Shown: positions 1-13,623 of the stretch, piece by piece
Layout: each line of letters opens with the position of its first letter
How positions within the stretch are numbered: position 1 is the stretch's first letter
DNA from: Antedon mediterranea
Lineage: Eukaryota; Animalia; Echinodermata
Direction of reading: 5' to 3'
NCBI RefSeq assembly: GCF_964355755.1
Contig: NC_092673.1
Coordinates: 32,609,648-32,673,647, forward strand
DNA: 64,000 nucleotides
Translations under genes and position numbers: made by a program
Notes under the pieces: model-generated
Told to the model about the DNA's origin: nothing
Databases searched by the model: none
The model's input: only the letters and a program-made list of their open reading frames with translations

Positions 1-2214
1 GAGCCACTGCCGGAGACAACATCAATTGAACCTAGGCTCCTACAGGATAGTGAGCAGTTGAGTTTCTGTGCAGGTAGCAGGCTTCTACCAGACCCTAGCA
101 TGTTGCATGGTAGGATGTTTGTGACAGCCTGGGAGTTTGGTCTAGACCAGATTGAGGATGATACCGTCTCAATGATGGTACATGCATCAGAGGTTAGTAG
201 ATGTGGTCCTCTTAAAGAGGTATTTTGCAATTAAGTGGTCCTCCCAAAGAGTTGTTTCTATTTAAGTGGTCCTCCCAAAGAGGTGGTTTGTATTTAGTGG
301 TTCTCCTGAGTCGTCCTGACCATGAGGTTAACTAATTGACATGCAAAATTAATAGAAACAGTCTCATTGCAATCTGAAATAAGATTATGTCATAGATGTG
401 TATGTATCCATGCATACATAGACTCACTGCAGCCTTTATGTCATTGTCAAGTCTGTTGATTCTGTAAACTTTTAATTGAGTTCATTGCTTTTCATTTGTG
501 AACCTTTGTTGTTCATTAAACATACAATATACAATATACAATATACTCACTTCACCCATACAGTATCATGACATTTTTACACTGTTTTTATCATTATAGT
601 AAAGTAAATTAATAATTAATTTTTTTAGCAAATATTAAAAGATATTTTAACACGTGCCTTCTGCTTGAGAAGTGGTTATCAGGTCCGGCACGGAAACTTC
701 CGCCATGCAATAGGCACTCACACACACGTGCCATCAATGAGAACAAGACAGCGAGATCAAAGCAACTGGACTTCAACGTAAGTAATTAATTACTATATTT
801 TATTTACTAATTTCATTTCATATCTTTCTTTATTCTTGAAAACTCATTCAATACATAAGTACTGGTCTCCCATGAGCTCCAGATTTGTGACTTAACTACA
901 AAATTAAAGCATAATATAATCGATCAGAAATAAAAACAATTTAATATTCATTCATTTTTTTATATAACAAATATTAATAAATATGAAAAATGTTTCCATT
1001 GATATTGTGGCCATTGTCAAGTAAGGGAGGCTCTGTTGAAAATATAAAGGGCAAATACAATCCTGAACAAGATTTTGATTTGCTTTGCAGCATGAGTGGC
1101 ACTATAATATAAAGGGCTATGAAATCCTGTAATTTGTTGTGTAATGGCTATGAGCACTCACTGGCTAAACCCAGGGACCCAGAGTTTATTACTGCCCCTG
1201 AGCAGTGCCCAGAGGAAAAAACAGGCTAAAAACGCCCATTGCCTTTGACGTTGGATGGCCACTTAGGGTTCCTATACCATGGGTCTCAGGTCTCTCTCTA
1301 CCTTACGACACTGCCTGTAACATACACACTTTGGAACCCTTTAAAGTCATCCCAGATATCACTCAGCTGAAAATGATTTTTTTGTTCATGTGATGTCTAA
1401 TAAAATCACATTTTCTATTAAGAGTTTAATAATAACCTTTGTAATTTATTTGTTTTTAGGATGCCGACTACAGTGGATTCACTTCATGGGCAGATCGCAG
1501 GCAAGCAGCCCTCGGTAGAAGAAGCTGAGGCTCAGGCTGTGATGCAAGCAGCAATAGGAGGCATCCAACCACCACGTAAACCCATGTCACTATATGATCT
1601 GCAAGATACACTTAAGGTAGCCTAAAGTGTGTATGCCTTTCGATACTTTTCGGATGAGACTTAAAGATGTTGGTTCTAAACTGTATATTTTCCGTATTTT
1701 CGCCCATACACTGTCAACTCTAAAGAATTCCATGGAATAGAATCTTTTCCATTTTTTCACATGGAAAGCTGGTGGTTGCATACACAATTGTTAGGATTTT
1801 CTAAAAAGTTCACTCTATGGTTAATTTTAAATACTTGTTTATATCACCCTTTATTCTTTGTCTATGCTTTTATAATATTAAATTTTTCCAAGTTGAAGCC
1901 ATGAACCCAAGTATGTCCAATTTGGTCATATTTATGTAATTTTGTGTAATGTGTTTTTTTTGTGTAAATAATGTAATATTTTGGTTTTTTAATACATTTA
2001 TGTTTCTTATTAGACATATAAGAAAATGCTACCATCGCATACTATATACAGCATCAATATGGAACGTATAATAGCTGGATTATGGCATCCAAGTCACGAA
2101 GAATTAGAGCAAGATATTCTACATAGGGAAGAAAAACTGTACAAAGAAGAAATAGAGATAAGTGAAAAATGGTCAGCGCAGTGGAGAACAGATGACCTTA
2201 CCAAAGTGCTATAA
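1..2214 (+). CDS. TADA1: Transcriptional adapter 1 (SAGA subunit), 3' part; exons <1-192, 629-777, 1460-1616, 2014-2214
   Basis: Manually spliced GT-AG exons stay in frame: LLPDPSMLHGRMFVTAWEFGLD / QILKDILTRAFCLRSGYQVRHGNFRHAIG / EEAEAQA...MSLYDLQDTLK / MLPSHTIYSINMERIIAGLWHPSHEELEQD, matching the TADA1 C-terminus as I recall it ([36 protein letters not shown]). 5' end is outside the window. Confidence 0.93.
203..310. repeat. Degenerate ~30-bp intronic tandem repeat, about 4 copies
   Basis: gtggtcctc(c/t)caaagag recurs at ~203, 235, 266 and 297. Confidence 0.7.
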
Positions 2215-2763
2215 TAGGTTTGTTTATAACACACCTGATTGTGTTCTTGCAATTTGATTGGTTAATTACGCATCGCATGCCATTTGTTATTAGTTATACC
2301 AGGGAAGAGATACCTAAATGATAAATTAATTGGTTCTAATGCATGTTCAGCTTTTTTTGAACATTTTGATAATTGTTGCCATACTTGGTGTTTGACTGAT
2401 TTCGCGTTCGAAAATCAACATACATTGTGCGTCATTTATAACTGTTCTACTCTGTGTCCAAATTTAGAGCACTGCCTTTTTGAATAGCCTAGCTTTCTGG
2501 CCTAGCCTTCGTCAATGATCTGGGATGGATGCAGTATAGTGCTATGGTAATCATTGGCGTAATAAGTAATCATATTTTTATCCATTACGACGTGAAGAAA
2601 AACTGAATACAAAGTATTAAATTAGTTATGGATTTATTTCCTTAAAATCAACTTTATTCCAGGTGATGAATACAAATTATTAGTGAACAGCCATATATAT
2701 AATAAATTAATTAATTTTCTGAGATGATTGATTTTTTAACAGTGAATATTGAATGAGCTTTAA

Positions 2764-3357
2764 AGCTCAGGTACAGGCATGAATTTTAAATATAATATTT
2801 GGTTAATTGTACATAAATCAAATATTTGTAACAGAAATCGAGACGAAAAAACATGAATTTCCCTTAATATGGTCAAATACAAAATTTGGCAAAATTCTTC
2901 CATAAAAACCAGGAAGACTTTTTTTCAGTAGTTAGGTAGTTAACCTAATGTAATAACATGTCTGGTGACTCCCTAGACGGTGAAAAAAGATGGTGGATAT
3001 ACGGTGGATAATTTTTGCTATAGCATGAAAATAAAAATCTGAAGTTGAATAAAAATATCAGAAATATAATATTCAAGTTATATTACCTATATTTAGTCAT
3101 CTGATAACATTTTTTACCACACCATTTATTTTTCATAGCTTTTTAAAATGCCTCTCTATTTACAAAATTTGTGTACAAAAGAATAGAGATTTTACTGTGT
3201 AATTTGAACTATCCCCCCACTGATAAGAAAGTGCTTATTTTCAACAAGCTCGTGTAACACAAATAAAATCCCAAAAATTATGAAACATAGGGGAAACTAT
3301 AGATCGATAATTATTGGAATGTATGATCAATAGAAATTTTTTGCACGTACCTGGCCT
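2764..3357 (+). mobile_element. ~600-bp non-autonomous DNA transposon with TTAA TSD (Kolobok-like), copy 1
   Basis: TTAA|AGCTCAGGTAC...GTACCTGGCCT|TTAA; near-identical inverted copy at 22375-22971. Confidence 0.85.
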
Positions 3358-4735
3358 TTAATCAAATTTGACATCTCCAAATCCAAGTGCTGCCTTCTCT
3401 GTACAAACATACTTATGAAGTTTATTTAAAACATCTTCAACGGATGGGCGTTGGCTAGGATCCTCTGCTGTCATATCGCGGCTCAAAATCTGAAGTTCTG
3501 GTAAAAGAATGTGGTCATATAGCTCTTTAAACAAAACTCCCAGGGCGTAGATGTCAGTAGCCGTTGTCTCGACCAAGTCGCCAGTTATGAATTCTGGAGC
3601 AACTTCCGGCCAAATAGTAGAAAATCTTTCTCTTTCCTTCTCCTCCAAGTCTTCTTGGTAAAGTCTTGGTTGTTGTGTAGATGCAAGTGATACGGAACCA
3701 AGATCGATGATTCTTCCACACAGTCGTTCTTTCGTATTTGTCAAAACAATGTTGCGCGATGCAATGTTGTTGTGCAGATATCCGTGATTTTGCAAGACCT
3801 GGATTCCAGCTGTGATGTCATAAGCAATGAGAAGCCATAGTAGTAGAGAATGTTCATTCTTGATGCCTTTGCATTCTTGAAGGTACTCCTGAAGTGAAGC
3901 ATTATGAAAGAAGAGTTCCATATAAATTTATATGCCTAGTGTGTTAACATTATTGACATAATTTCAATAAACATCCACATACAGTACAACTCTTCTTAAC
4001 ATGTTTTCAATCTTCTATCATCTAAAAGTCGTAGTTACTCATGTCTCGGGTCACATTCTATGGTCACCGTATAGGCTATTACATAAGTACTTCTATGAAT
4101 GGATGACTAGTTGGTGACAATAACGCTAGTTGGTCATACCCAGTACCGTTTTCATTTTACGATCATTCTGGAAACCACCTCACGACATAATGTATGCCAT
4201 AAATCTTTGGGAAGAGTACACAATCTGATAATTTTGACAGTATTTTGGCCTCAATAAAACCTTTCCTAATGTAATAATTCTTTTCATAAATAACATTGGG
4301 TTTTTCTCCAGGACAGATGTCGGATCGATGGACTTCACTGCAATCATTTTTGCTGAACCACTTTCTGAAATTTTCAGATGTTCCATTTCCAATAATTATT
4401 TCTTTACTTTTGCATAAGACAGGTTTGATGATATCAGTAAAAGTCGGAAGGTCAAATTATAGCAGTGCTTCTAGGTCCTTCAGTCTGTAATTTACCCCCT
4501 GTTTCCACTGGGCAACTTTTCGGATCAGAGTCATGTATTTACTGATGTCTTCTTCATTTTCAGATTCACTATCTGGTTGAATGGATGATCTACTAGAGCA
4601 GCTAGATACAGATGATGTAGCTTCTGCTGCAGTTACACCTTGGTTCTTGGCAGGAGGCAGGAGTGCGTCACCACATTGACACAACATAGAGGTCATGGTA
4701 CTTGCATCATTGACTTGGCATAATCCGTTGTTCAT
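3358..4735 (-). pseudogene. Intronless protein kinase pseudogene
   Basis: Kinase motifs are spread over different frames: IIIGNGT, IAVKS, FIEAKILSKL...FPKIYG, then MEL...YLHNNIASRN...IIDLG...VAPE...DIYALG...QRPS. In-frame stops at 4457-4459 and 3928-3930, two frameshifts, an insertion at 3963-4183, and Asn in place of the catalytic Asp. Confidence 0.8.
3963..4183. mobile_element. Insertion in the kinase, flanked by 8-bp direct repeats and containing a ~160-bp dispersed repeat
   Basis: GACATAAT at 3955-3962 and 4184-4191; 4028-4186 (GTCGT...ACGAC ends) resembles 50499-50650. Confidence 0.65.
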
Positions 4736-7182
4736 TGGTGAAGTTGCTGCAGTATCTACACTTCACTTTTTAACTGTTTATGCAATTATTTTTAAAAAGC
4801 ATCTTCGTGTGAGGTGCTTGGGTGAGGTGTAATCAAACTATTTATTGTAGTGACTGTCTCGTACACTTTGAAGCAAACTAAAATCATTTGTTACATCATG
4901 AAATATATAGTTACTGCAGTAACTGCAGTAGAATAATTTTGACATGTACTGTATAATGTTGAATGACGTGTTCAAAGTTTGGTAGAAACTGCCAAATTAT
5001 CGAGAGGCTTGTGTCAGCAGGCTGCGGCCTTTTTGGCGTCAGGGTGAACTTTATTTTTCTGTTTTCTACCCATCCTTGGTGAAAAAGAAAGCTGAAAACA
5101 TATATGATAGAATTAAATAAACAATACAACAATTGAAATCTCAATGATGGAAAAATAAACAAAACAATTTTAAATTTATTTGACTTCAAATTCATTGCAA
5201 TTTTATTGAATTGCCTTTAAAAAAAATAAAAAGAAAATCAACACAATATTGTAGATGTGTTTGTAGATATGTCAATCAGGAAAATAATTTCCTATGCAAA
5301 AAATTGGTTGTGCATAGTGTATGTTGAATAACTGTACTATTATAACTATTCTATTGTGTTCAATAAACCTATGACGTACTCTCTCACAAGCTTGCCACTG
5401 AAGCTATTCTGTGCTAATAAGTATAAGTACAAACAAAAAATACAAATATAAAAGTACGACATAGGCTAATTTATAAAAAAAAATAATTAAACAAATTTAA
5501 ATACTAACTAAACTTCTACTACGTAGGCTAATACATAGCCATTAGGCTACTACTAGGCCTATACAAATTTTAACACGACATCTAGGTAGATAAACCTTTT
5601 GAAACCTAGATGATGAACCTAAGGCTAATATTCTAATTTTACCACAATTCAAAATGAATAAAAAACAAAATTGGCTACGATGATTTAAAAAAAACTTATA
5701 TGTATTGCTTACCAATGTTTGGTTGACAAACCGTGCTTTAAGATAAGAAAAACAGGCAATTTAATAGCGTAGTTTGTAAGTACGTGTACGTCTCAACTAA
5801 GCGAATTCGTAAGTATGATTATTTGTTGTGGTGAATTGTTTCACGGGGATACGTGTTTCTATGTACGCGCAATGCGTGCTATCTTCGGGCGCGCAAATCT
5901 TGACGCACCTTTCCTGTATTTCCCACAAAAAAAATGCGCCAAAATAAGGTCCAGCAGCAGCATTATGCCATTATAACGTTTTGATTTTATAAAATCATCT
6001 TAATTTCATCTTAACTTAGTATTAAGTCCATTCCATTAAGTCCAGTCCAAATCCATTCCATACGATCCACAGTACTGGTTTGATAAATTAGTTAGTTTTA
6101 AAATACAAACAGAATTGATGAAATAAACAATATAGGCATAATCATAAACGTTCTTGACAATGCAAGCAAAACGAAAGGTAAAGAATAATTAATTTTAGTA
6201 GACATACATACAATATTTTAATTTACAAAACATATCGTTGTACTTGTAGTTTGATGTTGAAACAAAATTATGTTTAATGTTAAACGAAATTTTATACAAT
6301 TATCCTTTGTCAAAAATTATAAACTTTCTTTATATTCACAGTGATGTACAAGTACAGTGCATGTAATACAAAAAAACAGTTTTTATCGTTTCAATACGAT
6401 CAAATTCATTTTCAACAGTCAAGATGGTACAAATTGTGCTGTTTTAGCTTTTGACGAATTTGGCGTCCCATATTATGCACCGCCACCATCGGCGAGTTAC
6501 ACGTCAACAAAAAATAAAAACATGGTGCTCGCTCTTCTTGTGTAGTTGTTGTAAACATTCCCTAGGTTTGGGATTTTGACGTTGTTTTACAGTAAATAAA
6601 ACAGTTTAATATTTCTACATCAGTAGCTAAGACACAGTAAAATATATATTTGTAATTGCTTGACTGTGTGTAGGCCCAACGATGATGTGATTGTAGGGTA
6701 ACTTGTAGGTAGGGCTAGCCTCCTGCCTAGCTAGCCGCCTGTCACAGTGTCAGTGTGTGAAGACTCACTCAGTCTGACTGTGTCCCCCTGCCTTATATGA
6801 TGCTAAAACCCTGCCTAGCTAGGCTGGTTCTCCTGGCCTACATAGGCTACGGTACCTCTAATTAGGCCTACATTTTTTGCACAACCTTTCTTTAGTTGCA
6901 TTGTATTGTAGGCTAGGAATTGAATAGGCTTCATAATTCATAATGAGTATTTGATGTTTCTTTTCTAGGCTAGTCTAGAATAGAAAGGCGTATGTTATGA
7001 AAATTAACAGAGTAGGTCCTACAGTACAGGTAGGTAGGCCCTTCTTTCAGTACTACCGTTTCTACATCTCTGACTAGACAATTAATATTTACATAAATTT
7101 AATTACAATTTTTTTTTCTATTTGATTTAAATTATAGTAATGCAAGTTATTCTATGTCGTGTTTGACTGTCAATGACAAACA

Positions 7183-10100
7183 ATGGAGGGTTGGTCAGGC
7201 TTCACAGATGAACAGCTGCAACGGTTGAAAGGCCAAGATGATTGTAGTATGTCAAGCATGTACTTTTAACATTAATACAGTCTCGTTATTTTTCAAGTTG
7301 TAAAGAAAAAGCTGTCTTGTTCTGTTATATTGTTTGTATGCAGTTCAGTTTTGTCTACACTATCAAAATAGTTTGACAAACCAAGTGTGATGTGCCCAAA
7401 TATAGTAGTACAGTGGTGACATCATCATGTCTATATATGGCCACCTCACAAAGTTTAGTAGTTTAGACATAGCTTTAGAGATGAGTTCACACCATAAATG
7501 ATCAAACTATCCTGGAGAAGTGAAATCACTATTTCATTGTTATCATTCCATCAGTCATTGTAAAACTTCTCTTGTGATACTGATAATTCATTGAAGCAAT
7601 TGTACCATTTAAGGGATAAGCTTAAAATCCCTTTTTTAGTGATAAAAGAACAATTCGAAAGAAACTTTAGTCGGTCTACCAACAATACCAGTTTACGACA
7701 AGTTAATTATAATAACATTAAATTATTATTAATAATATTCCATTATTTAATTATATGTCAGTTCTGTAAGAGTAACTACTTTATATTATTTCATAGAAAC
7801 TCTGCCCTATGATAAATTATATATAGATAAAATATGTTTGTAAACTGTAAAAAAGTTAAATACTCACCCCAATTAACTTGTATGTCTTTTTAAATCAGAT
7901 ACACAGAAGCCAACACAAAGAAGAAAAGATCCAAGAAGAAATCCGGCCACGAATAGAAATCGAGCGAGGGAGACATCACACCAGAGACAACAAGCGACTA
8001 ATGAAGATTCAAGCCCACCATTAGACATTAATCAAATGTTATCAGTTCCGAGTGAACGTAAAACAAAACCTAACAACCACAAACAAAGGCAAAGAAATTC
8101 AGAGTTACAAACTGGTAATGAAGCTCCCGTGACTAAGGAGAAGGTTAAAGGTCAGGAAAAGAGCTCAGTTGATAAAGAAAGTGGTAAAAAAGATAAAGAA
8201 GAGGTGAAAGATGAAGTAGAAAATAAAGAGGATGAAGTAAAGACTGTAGAGGTTAATGAAATAGATGAGGCTGAGGGTAAAAGGTAATACAAACCAAAAT
8301 TAAAGTTTAGGCTCAATCATTATCAAAATAACTGTTTTATTTGTTGTGTTTGCCATCGAGAACTGAGGATAAACAGTATATGATTTAGTTGATCGAATAC
8401 TGTAAATTAATTACATAAAAGTACTCACTGCAACATTTCACAAACACTTGATGTTATTGCTAATTACAGTCTGGCTTGATGTCACCTCAGTGTTGGTGAT
8501 GTCACTATGCTTTACTGCGTTGTAGACGTTGTCTTGTTTCTCAGGGTCTGAATAATGTTTTAATATATATGTGGAAGGTTGTGTCTGCCTTCATTTGTTG
8601 TTTTTCTTAATCCACATTGATTATCTAACTTTCGTTACAAACCATATGTTATAATAATGTAATATATAAATGTCATATAAATATATTATACCATTTGAAA
8701 GCGTCATTCTTTGAATTATCAATTTTGATTTACTGTCCTTTTGTTGTGTTTGCAGTCGAGAGCTTACCCAACTGGAACAGATTCAGAAAAAACAGATGGA
8801 AATGGAAGAGGAAAACAGAAAAAAGAAACTAGCATTGACGAAAGCAATAAATGAAAGGTGAGTGTACAGCATAATAAATACAAAATAGAAGTCCATATAC
8901 ATTTATTAATGTTGCTGTTAAAATAATACTTGTTTAATTATAGGCCTACTTTTATTTAAAGTCTTTGAATTTATCATGTGGATCTTTTAGTGGAATTGTT
9001 TTGTGGTTGATTGCTTGTCTTTGGTTCAATCCTGTCCCAGTCACAGGATCTTCCTGCCTTATACAAGCTTCGCTTTTTTTGGAATGTTGCCCCTCTTATT
9101 TTAATCATTTACTGTTAATTTTTATATTCTATGAAAGAGAAGAAAAGAAATAAATGTTACTTTGATTGATTTATTGATTGATTCCTTATAATAAAAAACA
9201 GCGTCACTACCTACAGTAAGCCTCATATGAAACTTGGTATAGAAAACATGGATTTTGTTCATGGTGAGTTATTTTTTCTGTTTATGGTGTTGAATAAAAT
9301 AATAAAAAAAAATATTTGTTTTCATTTTTCACTAGGAAGAAGAGAACGCAAGCAGAAACAAAACAACTTGCATTCATTCAAAGAGAATTAGGAAAGTTAG
9401 AGTCCTTACTTTCAGCGGATGTTAAGATATTGAGAGAGAAGATAGAAACAAGTAGTTTTGAATATAATGCTGCAAGGTATGTATAAATCCTGCCAATATC
9501 ATCCATAACTACCCAGCAGAGAACTAGATTTGCAGGTCTATTTGCTATTTTTTTATTTTATGTCTTTAGGCACATGTGGCTAAGGATTGCCAATAGTAAA
9601 TTAATCATTGTCCTATCAAATAGGCGGTAATCCCCCTGGTACTGGTGCTATTTTGTGAACCAATTCACCGTGGTAACCCCCTACTCTCGAATGATGAACT
9701 GGGTTCTTTAAAGTGCACACGGGTTATGTGTACACTGGACCTACGGTTTATAAGTCCTTATTCGAGAAGACTAGGAGCGAGTCGGCCTTGAACCCACGAT
9801 GCCGATATTGTTGACTCTTTAGGTAAAATGGCGCCCATGACTTAACCGCTCAGCCATTTGACTCACTCGATCAAACAAAAGGATAAGAGACCAGGAGCCC
9901 ACAATTTTAAATGCATGTAACAATTATATATGTACATATCAATGTTAAGTGGGTGTGGTTTAATTGGTTGGAGGGACATTTTAAGGGGTAAAAAAAATTT
10001 ATCTAGATCAGCTCAAAAGTCAAACCCATAAAATCCTTTGAAAATGAATGTAATGCATGAACATTGCCATTTTATTAGTGGAGGTGGTCCAAAAATGAAT

Positions 10101-10912
10101 TCAGCCCAAAAGTTAACTGTCTAATAAACTCATAACTATCATGCATGACTATAAGTCATCTTCTACAGAATGTGTTGAAGGCCATCACATTTTTCTAAGT
10201 TAACTATGTTGCAGACACCAAGATTCCAAGGACACTATACCCACCGATACATTATTAGAAATAATTTTTTTTATAACAATTATTATGTTTGTTTCTTGAC
10301 AGGAAACGGTACGAAAAAGCTGAGAATGAATTTGTTGCCGCTAAACTTCATCTGCATAAAGTGACAGAACATAAAGAAGCGTTAACCGAACACCTTTACA
10401 CAATAATTCAAGAAAACGAAAACAGAAAAGCGAACAAATTGGCAGAACTTATGGAAAAGTTAAATGTCGAAAACATGAATGAGTTTATTGATGAGGCAGA
10501 GAAAGAGATGGAACGTCAACAAAACAGCCAATCAAAAGAGATAGAACGACAACCAATCAGCCAATCAAAAGAGATGGAACATCAACCTACCAGCCAATCA
10601 AAAGAAATAGATTCTCATCCAATCAGCCCAACGCTAAAGACTGCTCTATCACTATCCAATGGTCAACAAAGCAGTATAAAAATTGATGACAATTTAGGGA
10701 ATGTTACTTTAAATAGTGAACCGTCTTCAAAAGACGGTGTTGAGAATTTAGTAGTTTCACCAAATATATCTCAATTTAATTCAAATCCTCATGGGCTAGA
10801 GACTATAGCTGAAGTAGACTCGGAATCACCAATAGGTGTCGATGGAGCTACTACAAATGTGAATGAACTAAAAGCACACGATCAAGAAAATATCCAATCA
10901 GTTGAAGCATAA
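7183..10912 (+). CDS. GORAB: RAB6-interacting golgin; coding exons 7183-7246, 7899-8283, 8756-8857, 9336-9476, 10303-10912
   Basis: MEGWSGFTDEQLQRLK start; spliced coiled coil MEEENRKKKLALTKAINERKKRTQAETKQL...SADVKILREKIE...RKRYEKAENEFVAAKLHLHKVTEHKEALTEHLYTIIQENENRKANKLAELM. All introns GT-AG with consistent phases; the exon-1 donor could alternatively be 3 nt earlier. Confidence 0.93.
9555..9870 (-). mobile_element. tRNA-derived SINE with a Deu/Nin-like central core, in a GORAB intron
   Basis: Minus strand: A box TGGCTGAGCGG, B box GGTTCAAGGCC, then aaaccgtaggtcc...taaagaacccag...gagagtagggg, resembling the conserved SINE core. Related fragment near 62655-62722. Confidence 0.7.
10524..10628 (+). 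repeat. Coding 33-bp repeat, about 3 copies, in the last GORAB exon
   Basis: SQSKEIERQPI SQSKEMEHQPT SQSKEIDSHPI; DNA core cagccaatcaaaaga. Confidence 0.8.
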
Positions 10913-12010
10913 AATACATATATTATTTGTTTTATTTTTGTTATACTGATAAGATATGAAAATGAGACTGCATGATAAATCTTCTAATATTATTTGAGTT
11001 ATTTTCATTCTAGGTTGGTATGAACTGAATAGATTTTACCTTCAATTTTATTTATATATAACTTTTGTTATTTAATGACTACTGAGTTTGCATGGAAAAA
11101 CTGAAAAAAAAATAGATTTTTGTATTAAACTTTGTAGGAGTATTGATTATTTTATGGTTGTAGTTATGACATAATTTGCACATGCTTACAGACCATTCTG
11201 TGCTGTGATAGCTTTCGCAATTACCCCAATTGTCAGAATTTTGAATCATTTTGTTGATTTGTATTTCCATAATTGCATCTTTGAATAACAAATGTGAATT
11301 TAATAATTGTACTTTAAGTTTTTATAGTTTATTTATTCTTTAATAACAGTACTTTACTCTGTAGATACAATTTTAATATTTATACAAACCACTTAATAAC
11401 GGTAACAGCTTTCTAATGGTCTTCATAATCGGTAGAGAATTATTTCTATCCTAGTTTTATATATAAATATTTTTTTACTTTGTATTTTTTTTTAATAATG
11501 TCCAATTAAATTACCTGATTATCTATTACTATTAGGATTAAAACTATTTAATATTACATTTTTATTTAAAAAAAATAAATAGTCCAAATCAAGTCTATCA
11601 TTGTTGTTTTTTCATTAATATATTGTTATTATTATTTACAAACAACCGTCCACTAACCTTAAACTTTATATAATCTCAAATTACTCTCCCAATTAGAACA
11701 CAAATACCGCTGTTGTCATTTTTGTAACCCGTCCTGATTTCCCCTTGTATTTTTGTATAATAATGATTTTATTATTATCATAGAACTTGCCACTTACAAG
11801 CTATATTTTGTTGACTGCGCCCTCTTCATGATTATCACTTCTTATTAAGAATACATTCTCACTTTATAATGTAACATGAGCGTATCACAGAACCTGGCTG
11901 GATGATCAGATTCCAGACGTTTATTTGAAGATAATGTTGCGAGTTGACCAATGGCAAGCGACAGTTCCAATAATCTATCGCTATCGTTTTGGTCAAATCA
12001 CTTACGTTAA

Positions 12011-13623
12011 AGGGGGGTTCCGGGTTTAAAATGAATAGTAAAAAATGTAAAATATATTTGTTTGTCTCTTGAACGGTAAAAGTTTCAATTTATATAAGCG
12101 CCCAGTGAAGCAGAACGAAGGCTGTGAACTCAGGCCAGATTACAAGTGCAGCTACGGCAAAATCACACTGTGGTTACAAAATAGGAAATTCGTGAAATGG
12201 TCCATCTTCCGACGACTCGTTATCATAAACCATATCAATTACTTTTGTAAAATTATACTTATCTGATGTAATTTTAGTCGGTCTTCCCATTTATAAAGTC
12301 AATTTTTTATGAAAATTTATCAAAACAGTGAAAAATTTGATATGTTTGCACTTTACGTTTGCCGATTTTCGCACCGACTTAGGGAAAAATCAAAATCAAT
12401 GAAGCGTAACGTATACTGTACATTCCTGCTGAGGATCGAGCGAGACGACGATACACGTGCTCTGTCTCTGCTGCCCATGCCTGGCATCGTCACGTGATAA
12501 GCAGATACAACAATACCAAACTGGTCGGGTCGAGTATACCCCGTCTATAATCACAACATGAACGATGTACAGTATTTGATTGAAGGTCGACTTGACCTAC
12601 CGGAATGGTATAGATAATATAGCTCGAATGAGAGAGTTGGAATATTTGTGTAGTGCAGCCTATAGTAAAAGGCCTGGTAGTATCAATTCGCATAGGGTCT
12701 TCTACTACACTAGCTAGCTCAATTTTTAACTGGGCCGGATCGGCTAGGTCTCCTTCCTACTACCTGGTCTACTTGCTTGATGCATGAGTATCCGCTTTTT
12801 TGGAGAGTAAACTAAGCCTATTTTATTTTAGGCCTACTTAGACGATCCATGGAGGTATATATACCTCCATGGACGATCGGGACACCATACGTGTGGACGG
12901 CGATCGGACCTTGTTTTGCTTCAATATTTACAGCCGATTTTGTAGAACGTTTTAGGTTTAGATTGTTTAGGAGTTTGGTTGATAGGATGGGTTTTGTTAT
13001 TCATGGGCCAATCGTCTAGTAGTAGGCTAGCTAGGCCCATGGGCCCCATTGTTTTAACGTAGCCATCGTGGCATGGAATCCCTAGTCAGAATGGCTCTCG
13101 CCCATATTATTATTAGGCTAGGCCTAGAGTAGTATTGTACGTGAAGCCGATAATACGATCTGTACTATAGAGTTATAAAAATAGTATAATTTATGACTCC
13201 GTATCTGTACTAAATTTTGTATTTCATTAAATGTCAAATAAATATAATTATGCTACTACTGTTATTATTACACTTTAGGCCTAGCTTAGAAAATCTACAA
13301 AAAATGTATTTCACAATGATCGGGTGGTCGTCGTTTGACAGGGGAGAGAGATGTAAATTAGTTGACAAACACAACGTACATGACGTCGTGAGTTTGGAAT
13401 CCACTGGTGACGTGATTTTGTGAATATCTCATGAATATTAATGAGCTTCCCTAAGCTGCTGAAAAACAGACTTTCCATGAATTTACCCTAAAATGTATAT
13501 GAAATTTAATTTTTTTAATTTCTCGTTATTACTTCTTCATTCTGACATGTCTATATTGTTATAATATTTTTTATTTAATAAATAAACGATATTTAAAAGC
13601 AATTTTAAACCCAGAATCCCCCT
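12011..13623 (+). mobile_element. 1.6-kb non-autonomous Kolobok-like transposon, copy 1
   Basis: TTAA|AGGGGGGTTCCGGGTTTAAAAT...ATTTTAAACCCAGAATCCCCCT|TTAA; inverted copy at 60386-62020. Confidence 0.88.
12841..12878. mobile_element. P-element-like mini-insertion or excision footprint
   Basis: GACGATC-CATGGAGGTATATATACCTCCATG-GACGATC: 24-bp palindrome with perfect 7-bp direct repeats; absent from the sister Kolobok copy. Confidence 0.7.

Noticed and set aside
5700-6720. Bidirectional promoter between the kinase and GORAB
   Set aside because: CpG-containing motifs and a possible donor are present, but start sites cannot be supported from sequence alone.
12069-12693. Short ORFs conserved between the two Kolobok copies as a transposase
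   Set aside because: No recognisable transposase or THAP motifs; similarity reflects recent transposition.
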